From positions 1-64,000 of IMG/VR virus record IMGVR_UViG_2974651877_000001: a stretch of DNA of 64,000 nt; one strand, written 5' to 3'. A program made the translations under genes and the position numbers. Numbering within the stretch: position 1 is the first letter of the stretch; every line of letters begins with the position of its first letter. This document shows, piece after piece, positions 31,881 through 41,766 of this stretch. The notes below the pieces were generated by a model. It saw nothing but the letters and a program-made list of their open reading frames with translations, was not told the origin of the DNA and searched no databases. This DNA is from a virus. Lineage: Duplodnaviria; Caudoviricetes.

Positions 31881-34070
31881 TTGATTTCAACAGTAGTAAA
31901 GCACGACGGACGAACAGAACCATTCTCCGCAACCAAACTTAACCGCCTAGCAGAATACGCAGCGGTAGACCCGACTATGATGTCGGATATCTCCCTTAAC
32001 ACACTAAAGAACTTGTATGACGGTGTGTCAACTCAAGAAATCCTAGAGAGTATGATTCGTTACTGTCTTCTAAAAGAAGATTTAGCGTATACTCGCGCTG
32101 CCGCACGCCTAGAAGAAGCTATTATCCTAAAAAACGCCGAACGACTAGGTATTGATGGAGTAGATGACTTCAAAGGTTCCATGGAGCAGCTAATTGAACT
32201 GGGTTTATGGTGTGAAGTAACACTACCTAAATATAACCCTGAGTGGGAGAACTGGCTAATCGAACTATCCAATATCCCTCTAGAGTACTGGACTATTAAG
32301 CAATGGTCTGATAAGTACTGTACCAAATATGAAGGCTTGTGTGTAGAGCCAGTTGCCCTAGGTGCTATCGGCATCGGTTTAGCACATCATGGAGACACAC
32401 AGCTAGCACTAGATACTGCACGAGCAATTGTACGAGGAAAGATTAACCTACCAACGCCTGCCCTAAACGGCGGTCGTACAGGTGACTTTGACTCCGTTTC
32501 TTGCTGTGTAATTTCCGGTGGTGACAACACGCACTCTCTAGGTGTAGCAGACCATATCGCGTATGAAATGACAGCGAAAAAAGCGGGCATCGGTATCGAA
32601 CTAGACACCCGTAGTAAAGGTGCCCCTGTTAAGAACGGTCGAGTAGAGCACTTAGGTAAACACTCACTATACAAACGAATTGATTCGGCTGTTAAGGCGT
32701 TGACGCAGCAAACCCGTGGTGGTTCAGCAACCGTATCTTACAAGTGTATTGACCCAGAGATTCAGAAACTCCTTCAATGGAAAACACAGAAGGTGGACAT
32801 TGAGGAACGTATTGATAAACTGGACTATAGCTTCTGTATTAATGATGCGTTCATGGAAGCTGTAATAGCTAAGCGAGAGTGGAAGCTATACGACCTACTA
32901 GAAGCACCTAAGATGCACGAGCTTTTCTTCTCAAAAGAGAAAATAACTCTAGCAGAGTGGGAAGCAGAAGGGTCTAAGTATAAGAGCGCAGGCTCAGTAG
33001 ATGCCTTGTCTCTACTTAAGCAGTTCCTAACAGCACGCCAAGAGACTGGACGTGTATACTGTTTTAATGCTTCACGAGCTAACTCACATACGCCTTTTGA
33101 AGACCCTATTCGTCTATCAAACCTATGTCAAGAAATCTTCCTACCTACTAAACCGTATGTAGATATGCTAGATTTATACGTAGGTGACGAGAACGGTGAT
33201 TCTATCGGTGAGACAGCATTCTGTAGCTTATCGGCAATCAACTATGCTAACGTTGAAGAACACGAAATCGAACATATCGTGGAAGTAGCTCTACGAACCG
33301 TAGATAGCATGATTGAAAAAGCACCTGGCCTTACTGAGCCTATGAAGAAGCAGATGTTGAAGCGTCGTTCCGTAGGTATCGGTATCACCGGCCTAGCACA
33401 GTTCCTGTATAAGAATGGCCTAGACTATGACGGCTCCCCAGAGTCTCTGGAGGCTGTGTCTCGTTTAGCAGAGCAGCACATGTTCTTCCTATATAAAGCA
33501 TCTATCAAGATGGCTAAAGAGGCAGGAGAGTCTGTAACAGGAATTACTGATTGGCTGCCTATCGACACACGAGTCAATAAGAAGTACGAGCCTATCATGT
33601 CATGGGAGTCTATTCGTGGTCTTCCTCGCAGACACTCAGTGCTAGTAGCACACATGCCTACAGAATCTAGTGCTGTGTTTAGCGGTGCGTCAAACGGCCT
33701 ATACCCTCCTCGTGAGCGTGTAATCTACAAGAAAGCACGAACAGGTAACGTACAGTTCATTGTTGACCAAGAGAACTTCTTGACAGCTTGGGAAGTACCT
33801 AACACTCGCCATATGCAATACTACAGCCGAGTGCAGGACTGGACAGACCAAGGTATCTCAGCGGATACTTACGTAGTTCCGGAAAATTACCCTAACGGTA
33901 AGGTTCCTATGTCAGAGTTAATTAAGCAAATCATTTACTTCTGGAAGTCAGGAACCAAATCCTTGTACTACCAGAACACTAAAGACAAAACATCAAAAAC
34001 AGCACAAGATGCTATAGCGGCAGCCAATGCCGAAGTAGACGAAGGCTGTGAAGGAGGTTGTAAACTGTAA
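31881..34070 (+). CDS. nrdA: Class Ia ribonucleotide reductase alpha subunit
   Basis: ATP cone (VVKHDGRTEPF), PTP, SCC, SNLCQEI, MPTESS, KSLYY and C-terminal CEGGC. Confidence 0.96.
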   Translation: MISTVVKHDGRTEPFSATKLNRLAEYAAVDPTMMSDISLNTLKNLYDGVSTQEILESMIRYCLLKEDLAYTRAAARLEEAIILKNAERLGIDGVDDFKGSMEQLIELGLWCEVTLPKYNPEWENWLIELSNIPLEYWTIKQWSDKYCTKYEGLCVEPVALGAIGIGLAHHGDTQLALDTARAIVRGKINLPTPALNGGRTGDFDSVSCCVISGGDNTHSLGVADHIAYEMTAKKAGIGIELDTRSKGAPVKNGRVEHLGKHSLYKRIDSAVKALTQQTRGGSATVSYKCIDPEIQKLLQWKTQKVDIEERIDKLDYSFCINDAFMEAVIAKREWKLYDLLEAPKMHELFFSKEKITLAEWEAEGSKYKSAGSVDALSLLKQFLTARQETGRVYCFNASRANSHTPFEDPIRLSNLCQEIFLPTKPYVDMLDLYVGDENGDSIGETAFCSLSAINYANVEEHEIEHIVEVALRTVDSMIEKAPGLTEPMKKQMLKRRSVGIGITGLAQFLYKNGLDYDGSPESLEAVSRLAEQHMFFLYKASIKMAKEAGESVTGITDWLPIDTRVNKKYEPIMSWESIRGLPRRHSVLVAHMPTESSAVFSGASNGLYPPRERVIYKKARTGNVQFIVDQENFLTAWEVPNTRHMQYYSRVQDWTDQGISADTYVVPENYPNGKVPMSELIKQIIYFWKSGTKSLYYQNTKDKTSKTAQDAIAAANAEVDEGCEGGCKL

Positions 34071-34246
34071 TGTGCTTCCCCACATATACTCCGTATATTC
34101 CAGAACACAAAGAAGTATACCTGGCAGCTCGCGCTGCCGGGCTTACTAAGTTAGATGCAGGAAAGTTGCTAAAGAGCACTTTCGGTCTTACCTCTTTCCT
34201 AGACGCTAAACGTTTAGTACATATTATTGAAGGAGAACTAAGTTGA
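34070..34246 (+). CDS. Small hypothetical protein between nrdA and nrdB
   Basis: 58-aa ORF (MCFPTYTPYIPEHKEVY...) coupled at both ends. Confidence 0.55.
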   Translation: MCFPTYTPYIPEHKEVYLAARAAGLTKLDAGKLLKSTFGLTSFLDAKRLVHIIEGELS

Positions 34247-35331
34247 GTAAGTTCAACCCTAACAACACAGGCTATAAAAAGCAAAAATACAAACTCTTCC
34301 TAGACGAACAAATGGGCTTACCGGATACTGTAAACGTAACCTACCCAAAACTAGAGGAGTTGTATCAAGACCAGGTAGCTCAAATCTGGAATGAGTTTGA
34401 GGTTAGCCTAACCCAAGACCGTATGGACATGCAAAAGGCACCGCTAGGGCTAGTACGACCTATGCAACGCACGATTAGTTGGCAAATGCTAGCCGACGCA
34501 GTAGCGGCTCGTTCCATCGGAGCACTATTACTTAAACACGTGACGAACCCAGAGCTAGAAAACCTAATTAATCTTTGGGCGTTCTTTGAGACTATCCATA
34601 ACCGAACATACGCACATATCGTAAAGCAAACTTTCCAAGACCCAACGGAAATGATGCAGGAAACTTACGAGAATGCGCAGGTAATTATGCGTTCTCAAAA
34701 CATCGTGAAAGCATTCGATGCTTTAGAAGACCTGCCGAAAGACGCTAGTGAGAGAGAAGTGAAACGTGCGCTTCTACGTGCGTTAGTAGCATTGTTTGCC
34801 TTGGAAGCTATTTCTTTCATGGGTTCCTTTGCTGTTACCTTCGCGATTACGGAAGCCAAAGTCTTCCAAGGTATTGGGCAGCTAGTAACTCTTATCTGTC
34901 GTGATGAGCAACTACATACACGATTCGATTACGAGATTCTGAACATCCTCCTTTACAAAGAGGGCTGGGCGGCAGAAGCAGCTCTTATGACAGAAGAGCT
35001 AAAAGCAATCCTGGATGAAGTAGTTCAGCAAGAACTAGATTGGGCATCTTATATCTTCGAAGAGGATAACATGGTAGGGCTTAATGAGAAGCTACTACAG
35101 TCTTATATCCTGTACATGGCCCGTCCTGTATATGAAGCACTAGGAATCCCATTTGACTTTGAAGTTATCAAAGAAAACCCACTACCGTACATGACCAAGT
35201 ACATTGACTCTAGTAAGATGCAGGCAGCAGCTCAGGAAATCCAAATCACGTCCTACCAAATCGGGGCAATTTCGGATGACAGTGACGACCTTGACTTCGG
35301 CGATATGGACTTCGACGCTGATTTCGAATAA
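34243..35331 (+). CDS. nrdB: Ribonucleotide reductase beta subunit
   Basis: FETIHNRTY, LEAISF, RDEQLH and AAQEIQITSY motifs. Confidence 0.96.
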   Translation: MSKFNPNNTGYKKQKYKLFLDEQMGLPDTVNVTYPKLEELYQDQVAQIWNEFEVSLTQDRMDMQKAPLGLVRPMQRTISWQMLADAVAARSIGALLLKHVTNPELENLINLWAFFETIHNRTYAHIVKQTFQDPTEMMQETYENAQVIMRSQNIVKAFDALEDLPKDASEREVKRALLRALVALFALEAISFMGSFAVTFAITEAKVFQGIGQLVTLICRDEQLHTRFDYEILNILLYKEGWAAEAALMTEELKAILDEVVQQELDWASYIFEEDNMVGLNEKLLQSYILYMARPVYEALGIPFDFEVIKENPLPYMTKYIDSSKMQAAAQEIQITSYQIGAISDDSDDLDFGDMDFDADFE

Positions 35332-35393
35332 TTACAATAGCCAATTCAACTTGAATTGGCTTATAATATATTTTTAATTGATGGAGAAACCCT

Positions 35394-35567
35394 ATGGACA
35401 AAGTACTTGACCTACGAGAAGTTGATTTAGCTAGCCTAACTAAACAACAAATTTGTTCCCGTATTCATCTAATCCAAGATGAGCAGCGACGTCTAGAGAA
35501 AGAGCATAGAAATCTTGTCCGTATGGAGGCCGCACTAACTCAGGAACTATATGACCGCAATGATTAA
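35394..35567 (+). CDS. Small hypothetical protein
   Basis: 57-aa ORF with GGAG RBS after a promoter at 35338-35367. Confidence 0.6.
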   Translation: MDKVLDLREVDLASLTKQQICSRIHLIQDEQRRLEKEHRNLVRMEAALTQELYDRND

Positions 35568-36084
35568 ACTGGCTGTAGCCACAGGAGAACGGGGCGAGTT
35601 TGGGTTAAAGGGAGGGCTGCCTTGGGGTAAGCCCCTGTCCGCAGATATGAAGGAATTTCGTAGGTTTACGGAAGACTGTACACTGCTTATGGGTAGCGCA
35701 ACATTCGAATCCTTACCCACTAAACTACCTGGTCGAAAACACGTAGTATTGTCTAGTAGGGAAGTTCAGGCTAAGGACGGCTCAAAACCCGATTTAGTCC
35801 TGAACGAAGCAATTACCGAAATGCTACTGCACTCTATAGTATTTCTATTCAATAGATGTGTATGTGTTATCGGAGGTGCAAGGGTAGTGGAATCCTGCGC
35901 TCCTTTTGCCCAAGAAATACTACATACCTACATAAAGCCTTTAGGCATCCATGCAATGAACGCTGATGTCTATGTAGACACATCGAAGCTGTATTACCAC
36001 CCAACTAGGCAGTTAGAAGTAATATCCGCAGGTTGTGAAGGAGATTACCACTACTGCGTATCCATCCTTAGGAGAGAAAATTGA
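35551..36084 (+). CDS. folA: Dihydrofolate reductase
   Basis: GLPW...DMKEFRRFT, MGSATFESL, LPGR, VIGG and ADVY motifs. Confidence 0.93.
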   Translation: MTAMIKLAVATGERGEFGLKGGLPWGKPLSADMKEFRRFTEDCTLLMGSATFESLPTKLPGRKHVVLSSREVQAKDGSKPDLVLNEAITEMLLHSIVFLFNRCVCVIGGARVVESCAPFAQEILHTYIKPLGIHAMNADVYVDTSKLYYHPTRQLEVISAGCEGDYHYCVSILRREN

Positions 36085-36911
36085 AAGGCACACAAAAACT
36101 ATTAGAACTTGGTAATAAAATCCTGACGGAAGGTGAGTGGATTTACAACGAGAGAACTGGCAAGAACTGCCTGACCATCCCCATTCATATAGCTACCTAC
36201 GATGTAGGTGCGGGCGATTTTCCTATAGACACTACCCGTAAACAAGCATACCGTGGCCCTATCATGGAGCTGTTAGGGTATGTACGGGGTTTAACAAACG
36301 CACAAGATTTTGCGGATATAGGTGCTCCAACATGGTTCTCTAACGCCAACAAAACAAAGGCTTGGTTAAATAACCCCCACAGGAAGGGGGAGAACGATTG
36401 TGGACAAATCTATGGAGCAGTAGCTCAGGCTGACTTTGTAAAGGTATACAAGAACCTGAAGGCTGGTATCGACGACCGAGGCGAAATTATTACCTTCTGG
36501 CGTCCAGAAACTTTTGCAAAAGCCTGTCTACGCCCTTGTATGCACACCCACAGTTTCCAATTGATAAATGGAACTCTGCATATGACTAGTATCCAGCGAA
36601 GCGCAGATGTGCCTATGGCGGGGTCGTGGAACGCTATTCAGTGTTACGTACTCCTAGCATTAATGGCACAGATAACTGGACATAAGCCAGGGAAAGTTAC
36701 GCACATAATTAATAACGCACACATTTACGAAGACCAGCTAGAGCTGTTTGAAGAACAAATGTGTCGCATTAGTATGTTCTGTAAGCCCAAGCTAATCATC
36801 AATCCTGAGATTAAGACTTTGGAAGACTTACAAACTTGGGTAACTAAGGAAGACTTCACTCTAGAAGGTTACGCATCTCACGAGAGCATAACATACCCGT
36901 TCTCAGAATAA
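36081..36911 (+). CDS. thyA: Thymidylate synthase
   Basis: ERTG, LRPCMH, QRSAD and NAHIYEDQ motifs. Confidence 0.96.
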   Translation: MKGTQKLLELGNKILTEGEWIYNERTGKNCLTIPIHIATYDVGAGDFPIDTTRKQAYRGPIMELLGYVRGLTNAQDFADIGAPTWFSNANKTKAWLNNPHRKGENDCGQIYGAVAQADFVKVYKNLKAGIDDRGEIITFWRPETFAKACLRPCMHTHSFQLINGTLHMTSIQRSADVPMAGSWNAIQCYVLLALMAQITGHKPGKVTHIINNAHIYEDQLELFEEQMCRISMFCKPKLIINPEIKTLEDLQTWVTKEDFTLEGYASHESITYPFSE

Positions 36912-36917
36912 TTTTAA

Positions 36918-36946
36918 TTGCTAAAAAGCCCTCAATTCCGTATAAT
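36918..36946 (+). promoter_or_regulatory. T5-type promoter whose -10 box lies inside a 16-bp inverted repeat
   Basis: TTGCTA-17-TATAAT; inverted repeat 36924-36939 / 36960-36975. Confidence 0.75.
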
Positions 36947-36977
36947 ATACTTATATTCTGGAATTGAGGGCTTTTCT

Positions 36978-37229
36978 ATGGCTGAACTAAAAACTATATC
37001 TATACATGCTTTGATACTGGAGTATTCTGGTGTTGCGGAAAAGGAGCCTAGTTATAGACTAGGACAGCATTTCATAAATAGATGTGTAAGGGATGACAAA
37101 GACCCCTTACTGGCAGGGTTGTGGGAGGAGACCGACCCAGAGACAGCCAGCATACAGATTTTGAAGGTGTGCGATGCTTGGCAATGGGATTTACGAAATC
37201 TTCCTGTAGAAAGAGATTGGAGCGTATAA
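36978..37229 (+). CDS. Hypothetical protein
   Basis: MAELKTISIH...YRLGQHFIN; stop overlaps the RNase H start. Confidence 0.65.
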   Translation: MAELKTISIHALILEYSGVAEKEPSYRLGQHFINRCVRDDKDPLLAGLWEETDPETASIQILKVCDAWQWDLRNLPVERDWSV

Positions 37230-37729
37230 TGTATTATGTATTTACTGACGGAGGAGCTCGTGGTAACGGTAAGGGTGTCTCCGCTTGGGCAATGGTGGTT
37301 TACGACAAGAACGAGGTTCGTGTAGGCTCCAAATCTGAGGGCTTTGGCTCAAACTTTGGGTATACCAACAACTTCACCGAGCTAACGGCAGTATTGAGAG
37401 CGTTAGAGTGGGCTAAGAAAGCCAAAGTTAAAGTGTCTATCCGCACAGATTCTAATTATGTAAAACAGGGAATCAACGAATGGATGCCGAAGTGGATAAA
37501 GAATCACTGGAGAACTTCCGCTAACAAACCAGTTAAAAACGTAGAGCTATGGAGGCCAATATACCACCTGTATAAAGAGCTAGGGGATATGGTAGAAGTT
37601 ATTCATGTCCCAGGACACGCAACAGGCAATAGTTTTAACGCGGTTGGCAACAGAGCAGCAGACGCATTATGCAACTTAGCTATGGATGAGAAGGAGGCGT
37701 ATGAGTGGATGTACTCTCAAGAAGATTAA
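37229..37729 (+). CDS. rnhA: Ribonuclease HI
   Basis: VFTDGGARGN, TNNFTEL, TDSNYV, VKNVELW, HVPGH and GNRAAD motifs. Confidence 0.95.
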   Translation: MYYVFTDGGARGNGKGVSAWAMVVYDKNEVRVGSKSEGFGSNFGYTNNFTELTAVLRALEWAKKAKVKVSIRTDSNYVKQGINEWMPKWIKNHWRTSANKPVKNVELWRPIYHLYKELGDMVEVIHVPGHATGNSFNAVGNRAADALCNLAMDEKEAYEWMYSQED

Positions 37730-38462
37730 AGCGGAATTACTATACAGGTACCCAGACCTAGTAACTCGTACCGGGCAGTTTACTCGAAGTCCCTCTAAGA
37801 AAGACGCCCTCAGGCAAGCTATAAAGGAAATCTTCCCTGAGGTATGTCCAGGGGTAGAGCTTACGGGGGAGTACTCTAGTATAAAGACTCCATTACAGGT
37901 TAGATGCGTTAGTTGCGGTCTCGGCTGGAGAACCTTCTTAGATAGAAAAATAACATGCCCCTCCTGTGGGACATGTAGAAAATTAACAACAGAAGTAGTT
38001 AGGAATAGGCTTAGATCTAGTAATATACGACTCTTAACCCCAATACAAGGAGCCAAAGATAGAGGAGTATTTGCATGTTTGCAATGTAATAATGTGTGGA
38101 AAACTCAAGTGTCTTCTATAACAAATAACAATACTGGTTGCCCTTCTTGCTCTAGGGTTAGTAATTATCTATACATGTGGACCTCAACCTGTGGTGTACT
38201 AAAAGTAGGAATCACTACACGTAGCAACTTTCTGAGCAGAGTATCCTCTGTATTAAGAAAACATGAATTAGAGTTAGACGACCTAATTCACTTCTATCTT
38301 CCACAGGGAGCCACAGGAACAGAAGCACTCCTACTATCTGAACTACGAAAAGACTACGTACCGTATACTAGAAGCACGCAGGACGGGCACACGGAGATGT
38401 TTGAGTGCCCAGAGACTCTGTCACAGGTAGTGGCCAAATATATTAAAAATTACAGTTGCTAA
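37701..38462 (+). CDS. Free-standing homing endonuclease-like protein (zinc ribbons plus GIY-YIG/T5orf172-like domain)
   Basis: Four CxxC pairs followed by YLYMW...LKVGIT...R...E...DGHTEMF; AAGGAGG RBS inside rnh. Confidence 0.7.
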   Translation: MSGCTLKKIKAELLYRYPDLVTRTGQFTRSPSKKDALRQAIKEIFPEVCPGVELTGEYSSIKTPLQVRCVSCGLGWRTFLDRKITCPSCGTCRKLTTEVVRNRLRSSNIRLLTPIQGAKDRGVFACLQCNNVWKTQVSSITNNNTGCPSCSRVSNYLYMWTSTCGVLKVGITTRSNFLSRVSSVLRKHELELDDLIHFYLPQGATGTEALLLSELRKDYVPYTRSTQDGHTEMFECPETLSQVVAKYIKNYSC

Positions 38463-38510
38463 ATAGATACATTTTGCGTATAATATACTTCTAATTTGAA
38501 AGGAGATACT

Positions 38511-38643
38511 ATGCGCAATTTTGTAGCTAAGCACGCACGCTCCTTTAATAAGGCAGCAGTGCATCGTGACAGAACTAAATACACCCGCAATACTAACTGG
38601 ATGGACGAATGGCTCGACGATATCGAGCCTCCCAGAGTTCTAA
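38511..38643 (+). CDS. Small basic hypothetical protein
   Basis: MRNFVAKHARSFNKAAVHRDRTKYTR, with GGAG RBS after a promoter at 38456-38484; end coordinate approximate. Confidence 0.6.
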
Positions 38644-38691
38644 TATAAGTACTATTATTTATATTAGCATTCTAACAACACAGGAGACCAT

Positions 38692-39357
38692 ATGCTAGCA
38701 CCTACACTACATCAACACCTAGGATGGATGGCTGACCTAGAGACTTTGGCTACTGCTAACTCGGCAGTGGTTCCGGAAATCTCGCTAGTAGCTTTCGAAA
38801 TTGACACTGGTAAAATTGTCCATGAAATGACCCTACACCTTTCCGTAGATGAACAGTTGCAAGCAGGTCGAACGGTATCTAGCGGTACTCTAGGTTTCTG
38901 GTTAACTCAGACACAAGAAGCCCGCGATAAGTTACTCCTAGCTATGGACGATTACCAAAACCAAACAATTGGTAAACTTCCGTGGGGGGTAAACGAAGCT
39001 CTGACTCATATCAGGGATACGGTACGTATGATTACCTATCAATGGGAGATTCAGAATAAACACAAAATAGACCGTGATATTGATGCGTCCGGCCCACGCC
39101 CTCTAATTTATGGCAACGGTGCTCGCTTCGATTGCGGTAAGGTAGCGGATTTGTATGAGAGAGCGAATCGAGAAAACGATTACCCTTGGGGTTACAGTGG
39201 CGATCGTGATATTCGTACTTTGCATTCTCTAGCCCCGTCCTTTAAGGGACAGGAAGAGTTTGAGGGTATCCCGCATTTTGGTTTAGATGACTGTAAGCAT
39301 CAAATCAAATACACACACAAAATCTACAATGCAATTCTGGAGGCCTCAGCCCTATAA
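38692..39357 (+). CDS. DEDDh 3'-5' exonuclease (ExoVIII/RNase AS-like)
   Basis: MADLETL, TLGFW, YGNGARFD, RDIRT and HFGLDDC motifs. Confidence 0.85.
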   Translation: MLAPTLHQHLGWMADLETLATANSAVVPEISLVAFEIDTGKIVHEMTLHLSVDEQLQAGRTVSSGTLGFWLTQTQEARDKLLLAMDDYQNQTIGKLPWGVNEALTHIRDTVRMITYQWEIQNKHKIDRDIDASGPRPLIYGNGARFDCGKVADLYERANRENDYPWGYSGDRDIRTLHSLAPSFKGQEEFEGIPHFGLDDCKHQIKYTHKIYNAILEASAL

Positions 39358-39437
39358 AATTGATTTCTTCAGTTGCCGAATAGCTCGAATAAACGTATAA
39401 TAGTTTCATAAATTAAAAACGACAAAGAGGAAAGATT

Positions 39438-39704
39438 ATGTCTAACACTAATAAAGTAGTAAAAGCACCTGTAGTTGGCGAAACTGTAAAGGTAAACCTA
39501 TACACCGCGCGAAATGCGAAAGCGCCAACTGATTACACGGGTCGCCTACAGCGAAGCCGCTCCTCTTCCATCGAGCGTATCTCAGCGATTTACTCTGATA
39601 CGGAGAAAGACAAGAAAGGCAACACACTCTACAGCGTTCTCCTAACTTCTGGAGACCAGGTGTTCATCGCTCGTGGCGATAAAGGCTGGTACGCTGTTCG
39701 TTAA
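39438..39704 (+). CDS. Hypothetical protein
   Basis: 88 aa with its own promoter (39373-39401) and GAGG RBS. Confidence 0.75.
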   Translation: MSNTNKVVKAPVVGETVKVNLYTARNAKAPTDYTGRLQRSRSSSIERISAIYSDTEKDKKGNTLYSVLLTSGDQVFIARGDKGWYAVR

Positions 39705-39796
39705 ACCCAGTTAAGGGCGAATAATTAAAAACTTTATTTGCCCAATCTCTTAATTTTTCGTATAATAATATCTCATTCAGAAAACAAGGAAACACC

Positions 39797-39973
39797 ATGC
39801 AAAAGATGTCGCGCCGAGGGAAGATGTTCTCTAACCATGACTACGCAGCGAAAGTAATGACTACTCGCTTTAAGGGTCTACAAAAAATCCTAACGTTGCT
39901 TTCACGAGGAACTTCGGTTTCTAAGTCAGAAGCAGCAATCTATCACGCAGCTAACCAAAAGGGGCTATTCTAA
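39797..39973 (+). CDS. Small basic hypothetical protein
   Basis: MQKMSRRGKMFSNHDY..., after a promoter at 39738-39766. Confidence 0.6.
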   Translation: MQKMSRRGKMFSNHDYAAKVMTTRFKGLQKILTLLSRGTSVSKSEAAIYHAANQKGLF

Positions 39974-39974
39974 T

Positions 39975-40268
39975 ATGGCATCAGGTCGTAATTCAAAACT
40001 TATTCGTACGCTAGCCTTACTAAACTCTAGCGAATCAGGTCGTATCCTAGAAACTAAAATGGTCTATGGTGGCCTACGCACTACTCAGCGTGACTACGTG
40101 CAAAACAAAGGCAAGGAAAACGAGTTCACTATCAGTACTCGCACCCTTCAACACGCCGAAGGCACGTATAAGAGCGAAGTTAAGCGTGCAAAAGCACTAT
40201 ACCGAGAAAAGGGTGTAGACGGTCTTATTGAAGCGATTGACGGGGCACTTTCCCGCCACGTTGAGTAA
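39975..40268 (+). CDS. Hypothetical protein
   Basis: 97-aa ORF with phage-like codon usage. Confidence 0.75.
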   Translation: MASGRNSKLIRTLALLNSSESGRILETKMVYGGLRTTQRDYVQNKGKENEFTISTRTLQHAEGTYKSEVKRAKALYREKGVDGLIEAIDGALSRHVE

Positions 40269-40345
40269 ATCTTCAATAGCTTTCAAGGCAAAATCTTGAT
40301 ATAATAATTACAGAAATTGAGGGAAACAACCTCTCAATTTCTAAT

Positions 40346-40422
40346 TGAGGTGTAGCTCAGTAGGTCAGAGCTGGGGAATCATAATCCCTGAGTCGGCGGT
40401 TCGAGTCCGCCCACCTCAACCA
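40346..40422 (+). tRNA. tRNA-Met (CAT)
   Basis: Cloverleaf with TTCGA T-loop and encoded CCA. Confidence 0.85.
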
Positions 40423-40480
40423 AATAATTTAAAATTACGTTTGCCCAATCTCTTTGAGTATTATATAATATTCAAACAAA

Positions 40481-40840
40481 TTGGAAAACAAAGCTAAGGA
40501 GCTTATTATGCCATGTAGAAGCTACGAACCAATCGACGTAGAACGAGCAGAGAAGCATTCTGCCCAACAAGAAGTACGTCAATTAAAGAATAGTCTAGGT
40601 AAAGCCCATACTCATATGGATAACCTAACACGTATGCTTTGCTATGTAGTTACCAAGGCTATAGAGGAAGATGTCGATACAGATATCCTAAATAACGAAG
40701 TGCGGGACTGGTATACAGCACATCGTCAAGCTGACCTGAACAACATGCGTGAGCTTATGGAGAATGTTGACCTAGACAGTCTTCCGAAAGAAGAATTTGA
40801 TACAGTTGACCGAATTTTGAGCAAATACCAAAAGAAATAA
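40481..40840 (+). CDS. Hypothetical protein
   Basis: Own promoter at 40441-40469; likely start MPCRSYE after AAGGAG. Confidence 0.7.
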   Translation: MENKAKELIMPCRSYEPIDVERAEKHSAQQEVRQLKNSLGKAHTHMDNLTRMLCYVVTKAIEEDVDTDILNNEVRDWYTAHRQADLNNMRELMENVDLDSLPKEEFDTVDRILSKYQKK

Positions 40841-40905
40841 AAAATCATTAGCTCAACAGTCGAAAAGTTTGATATAATAATCAAACAAATTGAGAAAAGA
40901 ATAGA

Positions 40906-40983
40906 AGCGGTTTTAGTCACGGCTGGTGCTGTTCCTGGGCTCATATCCCAGGCTGAGGGGTTCGATTCCTCACTCCGCAACCA
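40906..40983 (+). tRNA. Initiator tRNA-fMet (CAT)
   Basis: 1:72 mismatch, GGG/CCC anticodon stem and CCA. Confidence 0.85.
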
Positions 40984-41057
40984 ATTTGGTTCTGCATGAC
41001 CCCAAACTATATGCAGGTAAAACCTAGGATACGGTGCCTAGGAAACCAAAAACAAAT

Positions 41058-41237
41058 TGTTTATCAGGTTTTGGGTCTTTAGGCTAAAACCGACGTACAT
41101 CCTGACTTAGTACCTTGAGTGAGAACGACGTGAGAATGAAACCAACGAACGCTACGGCTCAGTAGTTGCGGATTCCAATACCTGACCAATACCGATAGGG
41201 AAAAGTAAAGCCACCGAGGTTTACTGGTAAGCAACCA
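41058..41237 (+). ncRNA. Putative CCA-terminated structured RNA (not a cloverleaf)
   Basis: tgtttatcag/ctggtaagca 10-bp closing stem followed by ACCA; internal hairpins. Confidence 0.5.
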
Positions 41238-41340
41238 AATTCAGGTGAACTGCGAAACTCTCGACTACCATCGTTCGCAAGTAGTTTACCGAATCCCGCT
41301 AGTGGACAGGGCGGTATATAAGTACTTCCACCCAGATAGT

Positions 41341-41418
41341 TGGGGCGAAGCTTAAGTGTGTATAAGCACCGGACTTTTAATCCGGCGATAGTGGGTTCGA
41401 ATCCCATCGCCCCTACCA
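41341..41418 (+). tRNA. tRNA-Lys (TTT)
   Basis: ccgga-cttttaa-tccgg anticodon arm; CCA. Confidence 0.9.
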
Positions 41419-41425
41419 AGTTAAT

Positions 41426-41500
41426 GCACTAGAAGGCGAAAGGCTAGCCGGCTCCCTTTCAAGGAGTTGTAAGCGGGTTCGATACCCGTCTAGTGTTCCA
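41426..41500 (+). tRNA. tRNA-Glu (TTC)
   Basis: gctcc-ctttcaa-ggagt anticodon arm; CCA. Confidence 0.88.
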
Positions 41501-41507
41501 AATCAAT

Positions 41508-41582
41508 TCACCGGAAGGCAAATGGCGAGCCATCTCCCTTTCAAGGAGACGTTAGCGAGTTCGATTCTCGTCCGGTGAACCA
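41508..41582 (+). tRNA. tRNA-Glu (TTC), second copy
   Basis: tctcc-ctttcaa-ggaga anticodon arm; CCA. Confidence 0.88.
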
Positions 41583-41583
41583 G

Positions 41584-41766
41584 ATTTCTTTAGTTAACAT
41601 TCTGAACTCGTGCCAGCGCAAGAAAACATGCCCAGTGAGGGAGATGACAAGGTGGCGGATGTCTTGGAGATTTGCAACTCCGATGGTGTAAAAGAGGGCT
41701 ATGGACGACCGCGAAAGAATGGGAGTAGCGAGTAACGTGTGGCTTAGGGTGTTAAGCTAAAGAAAT
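41584..41766 (+). ncRNA. Putative ~180-nt structured RNA with long terminal stem
   Basis: atttctttagttaacattct pairs with agggtgttaagctaaagaaat. Confidence 0.55.

Noticed and set aside
1360-34284. Many 60-150 aa antisense or alternate-frame ORFs in the track overlapping large genes
   Set aside because: They lie inside well-supported genes, lack RBS or motifs, and have the Ser-rich composition of shadow ORFs.
15073-35331. Introns or inteins in pol, nrdA and nrdB
   Set aside because: The ORFs are continuous, of ordinary length, and show no intein motifs.
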